Positions 1 to 15,235 of a stretch of DNA of 64,000 nt are shown here, one piece after another. Origin of the DNA: Paraspadella gotoi. Taxonomy: Eukaryota > Animalia > Chaetognatha. Where the stretch lies: assembly GCA_051294375.1 (NCBI GenBank), contig CM119267.1:4438630-4502629 (forward strand). The letters are read 5' to 3'. Positions within the stretch are counted from its first letter, which is position 1. Every line of letters begins with the position of its first letter. Under the pieces are notes generated by a model. The model saw nothing but the letters and a program-made list of their open reading frames with translations, had not been told where the DNA came from and made no database searches. The translations under genes were made by a program, and so were the position numbers.

Positions 1-404
1 GACACTAAAAACCAGATTTATTAATTAATTTATTAATAGGTTGTCTAAAGAGAATGAAAAAGAATGAACAAGTTATCAAATTGATAAACATTGATAACAA
101 AATCATAGATTTCTATTCTATTCTAAATTGCACATCTTAAAATGGGGATGTTAATTCTAAAATCGAACTGAATCATTTGCATAGGGCTGAGTTATCTGTT
201 AAGGAAGGGAACCATCAAGACGAGCGATGTCATCTGTTAAGGTGACGAATCTGTCGCCCGAAGTCCCTTCGGGTTGGCGACTCTCACGATGGGTGTGAAT
301 CCCAAAGAGAATCACATCCACTGTCTTCGTTTAGGCAATCGGCCAATCGGATCGAGTTTTTCTGGCCAATTCACCAATACGAATACGAAAAAACCATCGG
401 ATTT

Positions 405-3692
<3,288 letters not shown>

Positions 3693-5379
3693 NNNNNNNN
3701 NNNNNNNNNNNNNNNNNNNNNNNNNNNNNNNNNNNNNNNNNNNNNNNNNNNNNNNNNNNNNNNNNNNNNNNNNNNNNNNNNNNNNNNNNNNNNNNNNNNN
3801 NNNNNNNNNNNNNNNNNNNNNNNNNNNNNNNNNNNNNNNNNNNNNNNNNNNNNNNNNNNNNNNNNNNNNNNNNNNNNNNNNNNNNNNNNNNNNNNNNNNN
3901 NNNNNNNNNNNNNNNNNNNNNNNNNNNNNNNNNNNNNNNNNNNNNNNNNNNNNNNNNNNNNNNNNNNNNNNNNNNNNNNNNNNNNNNNNNNNNNNNNNNN
4001 NNNNNNNNNNNNNNNNNNNNNNNNNNNNNNNNNNNNNNNNNNNNNNNNNNNNNNNNNNNNNNNNNNNNNNNNNNNNNNNNNNNNNNNNNNNNNNNNNNNN
4101 NNNNNNNNNNNNNNNNNNNNNNNNNNNNNNNNNNNNNNNNNNNNNNNNNNNNNNNNNNNNNNNNNNNNNNNNNNNNNNNNNNNNNNNNNNNNNNNNNNNN
4201 NNNNNNNNNNNNNNNNNNNNNNNNNNNNNNNNNNNNNNNNNNNNNNNNNNNNNNNNNNNNNNNNNNNNNNNNNNNNNNNNNNNNNNNNNNNNNNNNNNNN
4301 NNNNNNNNNNNNNNNNNNNNNNNNNNNNNNNNNNNNNNNNNNNNNNNNNNNNNNNNNNNNNNNNNNNNNNNNNNNNNNNNNNNNNNNNNNNNNNNNNNNN
4401 NNNNNNNNNNNNNNNNNNNNNNNNNNNNNNNNNNNNNNNNNNNNNNNNNNNNNNNNNNNNNNNNNNNNNAGCTTTTTACCTCGACGAAAGAATTAAATTC
4501 AGCAGAGGAATACATAAGCCACAACAAACAACAACAACAACGAAATCTCCCGAAATCGGAATAAAACCTCGACGCGCGGAAGGAGACAAATCGGGAAAAA
4601 ACATTCGAGGAGGAGGAGGAGGAGAATAAGCCAAACCCAAAGGGAAAAGGAAGAGGGAAGAGGAATATATAGAAGAATTAATTATATTTTACAACCGCGC
4701 ACAAACACCAACTAACAAAATAACGAGGAAAAAAAAACTAGGACGCCGCTAAAGAAAGGAAAAAAAAAATAGGAGCACAAAAAAAAAAAAAATATCAACC
4801 CGAGTCAGAAACGGAACCGTGAGCGGAATGGGGCAAAGTAATAATATTTTTAATATATAGATACGATTGATAAGGCAAANNNNNNNNNNNNNNNNNNNNN
4901 NNNNNNNNNNNNNNNNNNNNNNNNNNNNNNNNNNNNNNNNNNNNNNNNNNNNNNNNNNNNNNNNNNNNNNNNNNNNNNNNNNNNNNNNNNNNNNNNNNNN
5001 NNNNNNNNNNNNNNNNNNNNNNNNNNNNNNNNNNNNNNNNNNNNNNNNNNNNNNNNNNNNNNNNNNNNNNNNNNNNNNNNNNNNNNNNNNNNNNNNNNNN
5101 NNNNNNNNNNNNNNNNNNNNNNNNNNNNNNNNNNNNNNNNNNNNNAGAGAGAGAGGAAATATTTTCTTTTTTCGAGGTTTCTTTGCTTATCGCGGTAATA
5201 AGGAACGTTCTAAAAATGTAAGTTTTATAAGTTTTATAATGTAATGTAAGAGCGGGAAAAAAATTTAAGAAGACATCCAATTACCCCCCCTCAAAAAAAA
5301 TATGTTCTACTCTGTGTAACTGGGTCAGCGGAGCCTGACCCGGTCTCAGTCGGCGAATAAGTAAGTAAATGGAACTCAC

Positions 5380-5486
5380 CTAGAGTTGGTGCAGTCCTCG
5401 TACAAAACGTCGAAATTCTCGCACGATAGGAGTTTGCACCGGTTGACGCCCGGTTGAATCGCACCGAGGCCTCGCAAAATGCGAAC
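5380..5486 (-). CDS. dac: dachshund exon: VRILRGLGAIQPGVNRCKLLSCENFDVLYEDCTNS(S/R), end of DD1
   Basis: Signature VRILRGLGAIQPGVNRCKL. Acceptor ttttcAG (5487-5488), donor AG|GTGAGT (5378-5379), phase 2. The expected following SRPGRPPKR exon and the DD2 exons were not found in 1-5379, so they lie in gaps or outside the window. Confidence 0.98.
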
Positions 5487-5491
5487 CTGAA

Positions 5492-5574
5492 AATAGAATA
5501 GAAATAGAATAGAAGTAGAATAGAATAGAATAGAATAGAATAGAATAGAATAGAATAGAATAGAATAGAATAGA
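5492..5574. repeat. (TAGAA)n pentanucleotide microsatellite abutting a dac splice acceptor
   Basis: About 16 units; reads (TTCTA)n on the transcribed strand. Confidence 0.95.
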
Positions 5575-5976
5575 GATACATTTAACTCATTAGGAACGAT
5601 ATTAAGTTTACAATTAGCTACCAAAAGATTTTCATCCTTAAAATTAATGGCGCGTCTCGGTAAAACATTAGCAGCAATATCAAGTTGGCATTGTCTCAAA
5701 AAAATTAATATAAACTGCGTTTTTAAATTTCTATTTTCGTCTTAATTATTATAATATATTTTCTTTACTAAATGTGCGTGAAAAGACATCGATTCTGCCG
5801 AAATGCAGAAATGGAGAAATCTGTCTTAATTTCCGGCTCACATAACTTCGATCATGTATAGCGACATATTTCACTTACTACAATATGCAAACGAGATTTA
5901 GAAACCTTACTTGATGAAATAATAATAGTTCAATAGATGTACTATGACAGCTTGATAGAATAGTTACATATACTTA

Positions 5977-6070
<94 letters not shown>
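5977..6070. repeat. (TACT)n tetranucleotide microsatellite
   Basis: About 23 perfect units; reads (GTAA)n on the dac sense strand. Confidence 0.95.
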
Positions 6071-6484
6071 AATACATTACTCAAACTTACATAAAAAAAA
6101 CTCAAATAAAAAAATTGAAACGAATCATAATGATAACGCTGGTTTATTAAGTCTCTTCAAAAATTATCATAATTACTTCGAAAGTCGAGTGAAAAAAAAG
6201 ATTCAATTCACGATTTCGAAGTTCATTTTATTTATGACATTTCAAAGTTCATTTCATCTATAAAAATCAATAAAAAAAAAGAAATAAAACGAGATTGAAA
6301 ATTAGATATCAAGGAAATGNNNNNNNNNNNNNNNNNNNNNNNNNNNNNNNNNNNNNNNNNNNNNNNNNNNNNNNNNNNNNNNNNNNNNNNNNNNNNNNNN
6401 NNNNNNNNNNNNNNNNNNNNNNNNNNNNNNNNNNNNNNNNNNNNNNNNNNNNNNNNNNNNNNNNNNNNNNNCTCTCTCTCTCAC

Positions 6485-6586
6485 CTGCTCCACGTTGCAA
6501 ACGATTGGCGTGATGTCCAGACGCTTCAGTTTCGTGTAGACGGTGTGTAGTCCACCCACAAGATGCTTCAAGAACAACTCGAACGC
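6485..6586 (-). CDS. dac: dachshund exon: AFELFLKHLVGGLHTVYTKLKRLDITPIVCNVEQ (DD1 core)
   Basis: Near-invariant Dachshund DD1 sequence. Acceptor ttctaaAG (6587-6588), donor CAG|GTGAGA (6483-6484); 102 nt, phases 0/0, joins both neighbouring exons in frame. Confidence 0.98.
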
Positions 6587-6608
6587 CTTTAGAAAGGAAG
6601 GGTTCATT

Positions 6609-7063
6609 TATTGATTGATTAAATTAAATTAAATTGTCTATTGAGTGATTAATTGAATCGTTTCGTTGTCGAATAAATGCTTGAGTGATTGCTTGATCGA
6701 CTAACTGTTGTATTGCTTGATTGATTCATTCATTTTTTTAAAAAAATGATTTACTGATTGATTGATGAATCAATTAATTATTTAATCAACTAATTGAGCG
6801 ACGGCATTTATTGATGAAATAATTGACAGCTTCATTGTGGAATAACGCTCGAAGGACCGGTTGATTAATTCATTTGTTTATTCAACAACCGATGGATTGA
6901 TTTATTTATTGATCATCAAATGATTGACTGACTGAATAAATGATTGATAAATTGATTAATTCATCGATTAATCGATTGATNNNNNNNNNNGGATTGATTT
7001 ATTGATTGATTATCAAATGATTGACTGACTGAATAAATGATTAATAAATTGATAAATTCATCG

Positions 7064-7094
<31 letters not shown>

Positions 7095-7095
7095 A
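6609..7095. repeat. degenerate (TTGA)n / (TGAT)n satellite filling a dac intron; same motif again at 7905-7950
   Basis: Repeated ttgattgatt with decay; includes a local ~70-bp duplication across the 10-N gap 6981-6990. Confidence 0.85.
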
Positions 7096-7125
7096 ATCGC
7101 TCGCTCGATCGACACAACGACTCAC

Positions 7126-7233
7126 TTGCGGGAGGCAGATGACCGTTTCACCGCCGACTTGAAAAGAGGCGATTTTAGCTCCGCGATATTCGATGAGGCG
7201 ACACTCGTTGCACGAGGGTTCGTTGGGCGCGAC
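7126..7233 (-). CDS. dac: dachshund exon (5' part hidden in the N gap 7234-7520): VAPNEPSCNECRLIEYRGAKIASFQVGGETVICLPQ, start of DD1
   Basis: Hand translation (absent from the ORF track) matches the DACH DD1 start NECK/R..DxRGAKVASF...ICLPQ. Donor CAA|GTGAGT at 7124-7125, phase 0. Confidence 0.95.
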
Positions 7234-7663
7234 NNNNNNNNNNNNNNNNNNNNNNNNNNNNNNNNNNNNNNNNNNNNNNNNNNNNNNNNNNNNNNNNNNN
7301 NNNNNNNNNNNNNNNNNNNNNNNNNNNNNNNNNNNNNNNNNNNNNNNNNNNNNNNNNNNNNNNNNNNNNNNNNNNNNNNNNNNNNNNNNNNNNNNNNNNN
7401 NNNNNNNNNNNNNNNNNNNNNNNNNNNNNNNNNNNNNNNNNNNNNNNNNNNNNNNNNNNNNNNNNNNNNNNNNNNNNNNNNNNNNNNNNNNNNNNNNNNN
7501 NNNNNNNNNNNNNNNNNNNNAGGTTGGGGAAGATGAATATTATTATAAGTATTATACGCGCATTAAAAATGTTTTTAGTTATTAATAACTTAAATATTAA
7601 TATATTCTTTATAAAAATCTAAGATAATAGTATCTTTCCCCCCCACCCTTTCGTTCAACTCAC

Positions 7664-7885
7664 CTGCGAGACGGCGGCGGCGAGAGCGGCGTTGGACACG
7701 ACCGGCGCCAACGCCATCCCGGCCGCCGACCCGATGACGCCGTCGCGCCCCAAAGCGGCGCCGAGATGGGCAGAGACGGCGACGGATCGAGGGTCCAAGG
7801 GACCAGAGTCTCGATCGCGCCCCGAGACCTCCCGGGTCAGTGGGGGAGGGGAGACGGAAGAAGGGCGAAGCGGTTCGTCCATCAT
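7664..7885 (-). CDS. dac: dachshund, first identifiable coding exon (74 aa: MMDEPLRPSSVSPPPL...NAALAAAVSQ)
   Basis: GC-rich island in AT-rich flanks. Acceptor ctcctcAG (7891-7892) lies 5 nt before GCC-ATG-ATG; donor CAG|GTGAGT at 7662-7663, phase 0. It sits directly upstream of the DD1 exons on the same strand. The low-complexity Ala/Pro/Ser N-terminus is not itself diagnostic. Confidence 0.7.
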
Positions 7886-10331
7886 GGCAACTGAGGAGAG
7901 ATTGGTTTGATTGATTGATTGATTGATTGATAGATTGATCGATTGATTGTTGAAAACTAAAAATTGATTTGTAAGACCGATCATTTTAACGTTTGACTGA
8001 TTGGTATTCTTCAAATAATTAGAACGATTGATTGAACCAATAAAGTTAATGATTGAATGACGATTTATTTATTGTGAATCTGGCGACCGCCTGATTATTT
8101 TTAAATCTTTCACTCCCTCGTCGAATTTCACTTTACTCTCCTTTACCAACTTAAAAATGAGCAAAAATTATTCATTATTCCACACCTTTTTTTAAAATTC
8201 TGTCTCTTAATGCAAAACTAATGATTTAAGTTCTCTCTCTCTCGCACACACACGCACTCAGGTACACACAGAGAAAAAAAGAGAGAAGAAAGATTTTGAC
8301 AGATAAGAAAGATTTTTTATTCTAATCTCTTTAATGACTCGAAGGCATGAGATCCCGAAGAGAGAGANNNNNNNNNNNNNNNNNNNNNNNNNNNNNNNNN
8401 NNNNNNNNNNNNNNNNNNNNNNNNNNNNNNNNNNNNNNNNNNNNNNNNNNNNNNNNNNNNNNNNNNNNNNNNNNNNNNNNNNNNNNNNNNNNNNNNNNNN
8501 NNNNNNNNNNNNNNNNNNNNNNNNNNNNNNNNNNNNNNNNNNNNNNNNNNNNNNATTTCTGAGGCTAAAAGAAGAACAAGAACGGGAAAGATCGAAGTGT
8601 TGCGCCGTAGTAACTTTTATGAGTGGTACCTATTTTTGGATGNNNNNNNNNNNNNNNNNNNNNNNNNNNNNNNNNNNNNNNNNNNNNNNNNNNNNNNNNN
8701 NNNNNNNNNNNNNNNNNNNNNNNNNNNNNNNNNNNNNNNNNNNNNNNNNNNNNNNNNNNNNNNNNNNNNNNNNNNNNNNNNNNNNNNNNNNNNNNNNNNN
8801 NNNNNNNNNNNNNNNNNNNNNNNNNNNNNNNNNNNNNNNNNNNNNNNNNNNNNNNNNNNNNNNNNNNNNNNNNNNNNNNNNNNNNNNNNNNNNNNNNNNN
8901 NNNNNNNNNNNNNNNNNNNNNNNNNNNNNNNNNNNNNNNNNNNNNNNNNNNNNNNNNNNNNNNNNNNNNNNNNNNNNNNNNNNNNNNNNNNNNNNNNNNN
9001 NNNNNNNNNNNNNNNNNNNNNNNNNNNNNNNNNNNNNNNNNNNNNNNNNNNNNNNNNNNNNNNNNNNNNNNNNNNNNNNNNNNNNNNNNNNNNNNNNNNN
9101 NNNNNNNNNNNNNNNNNNNNNNNNNNNNNNNNNNNNNNNNNNNNNNNNNNNNNNNNNNNNNNNNNNNNNNNNNNNNNNNNNNNNNNNNNNNNNNNNNNNN
9201 NNNNNNNNNNNNNNNNNNNNNNNNNNNNNNNNNNNNNNNNNNNNNNNNNNNNNNNNNNNNNNNNNNNNNNNNNNNNNNNNNNNNNNNNNNNNNNNNNNNN
9301 NNNNNNNNNNNNNNNNNNNNNNNNNNNNNNNNNNNNNNNNNNNNNNNNNNNNNNNNNNNNNNNNNNNNNNNNNNNNNAAAAAAAAGGTAAGTTAATTTCT
9401 CCCTTTTTCCTTTTTCTTTTCTTTTTTTTTCTGGTGAGGACCTCATTCGTGTTTCTTCGGAAGAGTTTCAACTACGTCGCCCGTCAATCGTCTAAATTCG
9501 TTTCAATCATCGACTGAATCAAACGCGTCGTTAGTTTCGATAATTTCATACATGAATTCTCTCTTTTCTTTTCTTTTTTTTTCTTTTTTTTTTATTCTTT
9601 TAATTTCTCATCCCTCGAGGGAAAGTTTTTGAAATCGTGGAAACTGGAGTCCGTCTTAGGATAGAGTTTCGGAAGGATTGGAAGAAAATATATGCGTTCG
9701 TGAGAGTTATTTTTAGATTAATGTAAACGTTTTTAATAAGTATTTTGAACTTATATTTAAGCTTATTTCAGTTTTTCGAATTATATGCTGACTAAAAACC
9801 ATTTCGTCACTGATGCTAAAATTTTCATCATGGTTTCATCGAAATAGTAATCGAGTCATTTTAGAATTTTTTTCCAAAGCAGGATGTCTTTGTTTTGACT
9901 GGTATAAATATTGTATTAAATTTAATTAGATTGTCAAAGATTGAGAAATTTTCAGTAATTTTACTCTCGTCGACTGGATAACACATAATTCAGCGATTCT
10001 TTCAAAGATTTCAAACTCGACTCACTTCAAGCGTATGACGAGTCACTCTTCAACTAGTTTTGACTCTTTTTTGTCAATTACCGAAATTCCCGATTAAATC
10101 TGAACAAAGACCAAATAAAATCTTTTTTTTCTTCCCGAATTGAAGAAAAAAAAGCTCGAGTTATTTCCTGGCGACTCTAGTGTGAGAAAAAACAAGACCT
10201 CAATCCGATCCTCGTGTTTTTATAATAATCGATTTTTATTCGATTTTATTCGATTTCAAACCTCACAAAAAAATTTGTAAAAAAAAATTGAGTAGGAAAG
10301 AAAATATGTTTTGATTGATTAAATTACTCAC

Positions 10332-10990
10332 TTGTTTTTCGGGCGATGATCGACTTTTTGAATTTCGATGAAAAAAAGAGGGAAAAAGACTCTTTTCAAA
10401 CTGAGGGAAGGGGAAAAACAAGTCGTTTTGTTTTGTTTTATTTGTATTTATTTTATGTTTTTGTTTACAATTTGTCGTTTCGTTGAAAGAACTTAATGTT
10501 TTATTTTTTGTCCTCGACGTAACGTGAATTTTAACTTTCGTCGAAGGTTCGAGCTCCGGAAGTCTCGCAACGATGCAGTTCGATTTGCGCGTCGATTTGG
10601 CGTCGATTGGCTTAAAAATTTAAGCGTCAATTTGACGGCGTGAATTTTAGCGTCACTTTTTCCAGAAATTTTTTGATTCGTTTCTTGACGTGTGGAAAAA
10701 GTCTTGTTTATTTTTTTTTTTCTGTGAGTAAAAGAAATAGCGAAATAAAAAAAGCCCGATTAACCTGTAACTGTCTAACTTGCCGAAAACATCGGAAAGT
10801 TCGAAATCAGCGACGAAAAAAACAAACAAACAAAAAAACCCGAATCAAAACGAACACGAAACAACTTTTATTTTTCCCTTTTTCCTCTTTTTTTTAAATT
10901 TTTTCTTCTTTTGCGACGCGAAAATGAGAGAAAAACAGACGCCAGAAAAATTTCTCAGTTTTTCCAATTCGATGCCGACCGTGTGCGATT
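10332..10990 (-). other. possible non-coding 5' exon / promoter-proximal region of dac
   Basis: The ATG exon begins with a splice acceptor, so an upstream exon must exist. A CAA|GTGAGT donor occurs at 10330-10331 (-), next to a CpG-richer stretch. The upstream boundary is a guess. Confidence 0.3.
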
Positions 10991-11003
10991 GCTAGTTGCG
11001 ACT

Positions 11004-11004
11004 T

Positions 11005-11035
<31 letters not shown>

Positions 11036-11042
11036 AGAGAGA

Positions 11043-11093
<51 letters not shown>

Positions 11094-14000
11094 AGAGAAA
11101 TGATAAAGAACAGATAGAGTGATGTACCCGACGAACATTACAGAGCGGACAGAGAGAACGAACGAGACAGAGAAGACTGACGGACAGACTAACCGACAAA
11201 ATTTTAAATGACAAAATGTTGAAAAAAGCCCAATATACCTTGAACAGAGACGGACAGCCTCGACGGATGCTAGACGGACGGACAGGCAAAACAGACAGAG
11301 AAAGTGTGATGAGAAAAAAACGAGGGTCACGTGACTGTATCGTCACGGAGATGCGAGGATTGGGATTAATAGATCGTCGTCGTCGTCGTCGTCGTGACAC
11401 TCGGGTCCGATTTTTATTAATTTGTCTGGCTCGTCTCTCTTCGTTTGACCGAGCGGCGATAGACGGCGATGGCTGGCGGCGTCGCGCGGACGTCGCCGGC
11501 CGTCGGCGGCGCCGAATTGGCGAGCGATCGAGTGACGGACCGAGTATCCGCTCGAACGAGCCCGTGCGCCCCTGAGCGGTGTTTTTATGTTGGTCGCGGA
11601 GGACGGAGCTGGCCGCTGATACAGGCGATCTGGTCACGTGATCAACCCTTGCACGCGCGCGCCTGATAACATGATGACGAAGGAGTATCGTAAAGGGTCA
11701 TCGTAATCGTGGTATCGCCAAGATGTGAGACTATGACGACGCGATCTAGCACCTGTTGGCGCGTAACGAGGACGTGAGGCGAATGCGATGCGTTACATGA
11801 ACCAATCACACATTGCAATAAACATGTTTGCACAGTCTTGACGCGATCTTCTCAGCACGCACGACTTCTGGGGTCACGTCCCTCCCCGTCCCCATTTCTC
11901 CTCACTTCCATTTTCAAGGCTTGGGCTCTCAAACAGGAATAGCATTTCCCTGATTCGGATATCGCCCGTCGCTTAAAACAAAAGAGGCCCCGTCCCTCTG
12001 CGGCCCGACGATTCCCTAATGTCCGTCCGACGAACCAACGAACGAAGCGACGGATCTAACTTTTTAACGTAAAAAGAACAAGAAAAAAAACAACATTTTT
12101 TTTCTCTTCCAATTGCTTCAACAGAATCCTTCTTGCGTTGCCGCAAGAGGTTAACACGATCCCTTACAAACATGTAACTAAATCCTGACCTTTCCAATTC
12201 AATGCATCGCGTCAACGGGTGTAAGAGCTCTCCATCCTCTTTGATGCTCCGAGTCTCATCTGTCTCTTTGCTCTTTTTTTGTTCATTCTCGGCTCTCCTC
12301 TCGTCTCTCTCTTCAATTATTGTTTCCTCCCTCGTGCCCATGCCGTGATGTCGCAGCTCATGTTTGTTATCCTACCCGCTTCTCCTCATTGTTTTAATTG
12401 ATAAGTGCGCGAGGTCTGGTTGCTCTTTTATTTAACCGGCCGAGGCTTCCGCTCTAGCGGTTACCAGGCTAAAAACGAAACTTATGCTCCGCGTTGGCAT
12501 CGGATTAAGACAAAAGACACTTGGGAAGAAAAAGGATTAAACTCTTACTCAGTCTTTTCATTGCCTATTATCAGTTAAATAATCATAAATTCTCTCGTTG
12601 TTTTATTCACCAATTATAAGCACAGTTCAAGGATTTTTTTATGTTTATCCGAGCCATGCGAATTGCGAGGAATTCCACCCCCCCGACTTTGCATTAATGA
12701 AATTTGATTCTGATCCCGTCATTTTAAAACTGGACACAGCTGGTTCTGGCGGTTGAAAAAGGTTCAAACAATTTTTTTTTCCTATCAAATGGCTTTTCCC
12801 CTTTTTTTTTCTCGTTGTTATCCAACTATGGTTATAAAACTTTGAGTTGTTTCATGCATCATTGCATTTTTTCAGTTTTCTAGAAACAGTGGTCTGACTG
12901 AAATACTTTCATGCCGTGGGCAGGCTTTTGAGAAGAGAGAGAATGAGAGAGAGAGAAGGGAGAGAGAGAGAGACGTAGAGGAAGGAACGAGGAATGAGAG
13001 AGAGAGGGAGAGAGAGACGATGGACGAGGACTGTAGAAGTTAGGAAGTGGGAAGACGAGCAGAGAATGACGGTGCGGCAGATGATTATGAGTATGAAGAG
13101 ACGGGCGCGGATAAGTCACGGACCATTGGTTTAGACAAACAGAATTTTCCTTGGCGGAGCAAAAAAGCGATAAAATAAAACACGAAGTCAACAAGCAGAA
13201 TTGACGCGTAGGGGGTTGGGGGGGGTCAGAGCATTGGATTAGTGGGGGAGGTGGGGTAGCGAGGGGGATATGGGGAGTGAAGGAAACTGAAAGATTTGGG
13301 GGGGAGCTGGGCCAAGGCGGGGAGGTGGGAGGCGAAAGAGGGAAGCGAGGAGAATGAGAAGAAAGGAAAAGGAAAGGAGGAATTTTAAAAAAAAGGCCAA
13401 AGCGGAGATTAGAAAGGAGTAGGTTTGAGGAAATACATCGCACTTGAGGTAAGGTTTAGAAAAGGAAATAGAAATATAAGTTAAAGTGACGGAAGGTCAG
13501 ATGATCTATTGAAAAAATGGGGTAAACGAAAACAGAATGATCGCGATTCTTGATACGTGGAAAAGTAGAATATTATGGTAGAAAAGAAAAGAAAAGAAAA
13601 GAAAAAGAAAAAAAAAGAAAAGAAAAGAAAAGAAAGAAAGTAAGAGAAAAGAGAAAACGCAGTCAAACGGAGAAGGAAAGATTCTCGTTCTGGACACATA
13701 ATCGTTATTGGGACGGGAAATACAGTGCGAAGATGGTTCCAAACGGGGTTCTAACGGTATCTACGTTGAGTCAGGTAAGTTTTGAGATTTCGCTTCTTTT
13801 TTTTTCTTTTTTTAAACGACACAGAATTTGAACTGAACACTGAAAGCCTTAATTTTTCGGTATTTGTTTGGTTAAGAATAACTTTGCGTGTTGCCTCTGT
13901 GAGAGAAGCCAGGTTTTTGATTCGGATTTCATCAAAATTCGGGAACAATCGCGTCATTGGGAGTCGCGGACTCGAAAAACGAAGGGACTGAAACAACATT

Positions 14001-14196
14001 GCTCAAATCTTTTAGATTCGTTATAAGTTACATTAGTAAAAAGAAACGGATTTTAAAACTGAACAAACAAAACTTCGCAACAAGGTTTAGATTTTAGGGA
14101 ATTCGACGACGTACGACGAGAGCAACGGAGACGCGGAAAGCACGCAGCTCCGTCAAATGATCGAATCGCTTATCTCTCTCTCTCTCTCCTCCGTCT

Positions 14197-14227
<31 letters not shown>

Positions 14228-15235
14228 GTCTCTCTCTCTCTCTCTCTCATCTCTCGTCTCGTTCGTCTCTCTCTCTCTCGCGACGAATTGAAATTCGCAA
14301 ACTGGCGGCAGAGGGAAGGGGGTCGTACATATGTGAGTGGACGAAAGGTGGGGGGAGCGGCGCGGGGGGGGTGTTGAGTTTTTCCGCCATATTTGAAACA
14401 ATATAGGAAGAGGGCGTAGAAAGGGGTTTAGCGTCCCGAATATGGATTAATCCATCAAGAGCGAGGATTTCTTGTCTCCTTCCCTGTCCATGTTTTTTTT
14501 TTGGAGACGTGGGTTTTTTTCTGATTTTGTTGTTTTATCTAATGTCTTTGACGTGTATTTGGTAAGAATGTTTATATTATTACGAAGACAATTAGGCAAT
14601 GAAAAGCTAAAATAATATAAAAAACATAAATATGATTGTGCAAAACAGCATCGCCAGTTACCAGTAGCCAGCCAGCCAGCCACTTCCTTCTTTTCCGAAA
14701 CGTTCACAGCACGCTATTTTAAGAAAAATTGTAAAACAATTTTCGAGCTCTAATTTTTTCCAGAGCGCCCCATTTCTCTAGTTTTCTAATCCCAAAACCC
14801 TGATCTAATCCTAAACCTTAATCCTCATCACATTAAGAATGAATGGGGTATTTAGGGAAAACAAGGCCCGATCGTTCAAACTTCCTCCGCCGTTGAGAAT
14901 GACTCAAATGACCCAAAAGCGAAAAAGGTCGTTGAGAAAAACGATCTGGACTGATTCCAACAGTTGCAACATTTGAAGTTAGTTTCCTCTCGCATGTCAT
15001 CAATGACGTCGAGGATTCGTCGTCCGTTGTCGTCGTCTTGTCATCGTCCGTCGTCCCCGTGTTCAATACGCAGACCAAGATACAAACGCATTTGTCATCT
15101 CTCATCAAATGGGCATCGGCAGTGAGCAACAAGACAGGAGACTCTCTCTACTCTCTCTCTCGTCCTCTTCTCTTCTTCTCCTCTGCTCGTCCTCTCTCTC
15201 TCTCTCTCTTCTCTCTGCCTTTTTCCTCTTCATTG
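11004..15235 (+). repeat. left arm of a large inverted duplication (partner 17353-22512)
   Basis: Reverse-complement anchors: 11092-11143 vs ~22394-22445; 12441 cgaggcttccgctctagc vs ~21220; 13660-13760 vs 18650-18750; 14480-15150 vs 17375-18011. Ends at the 25-N gap 15236-15260. Confidence 0.93.

Noticed and set aside
253-281. Hairpin gtcgcccgaag-tcc-cttcgggttggcgac as an ncRNA or terminator
   Set aside because: Too short for a pre-miRNA, no recognisable RNA family, and intrinsic terminators do not apply in a eukaryotic intron.
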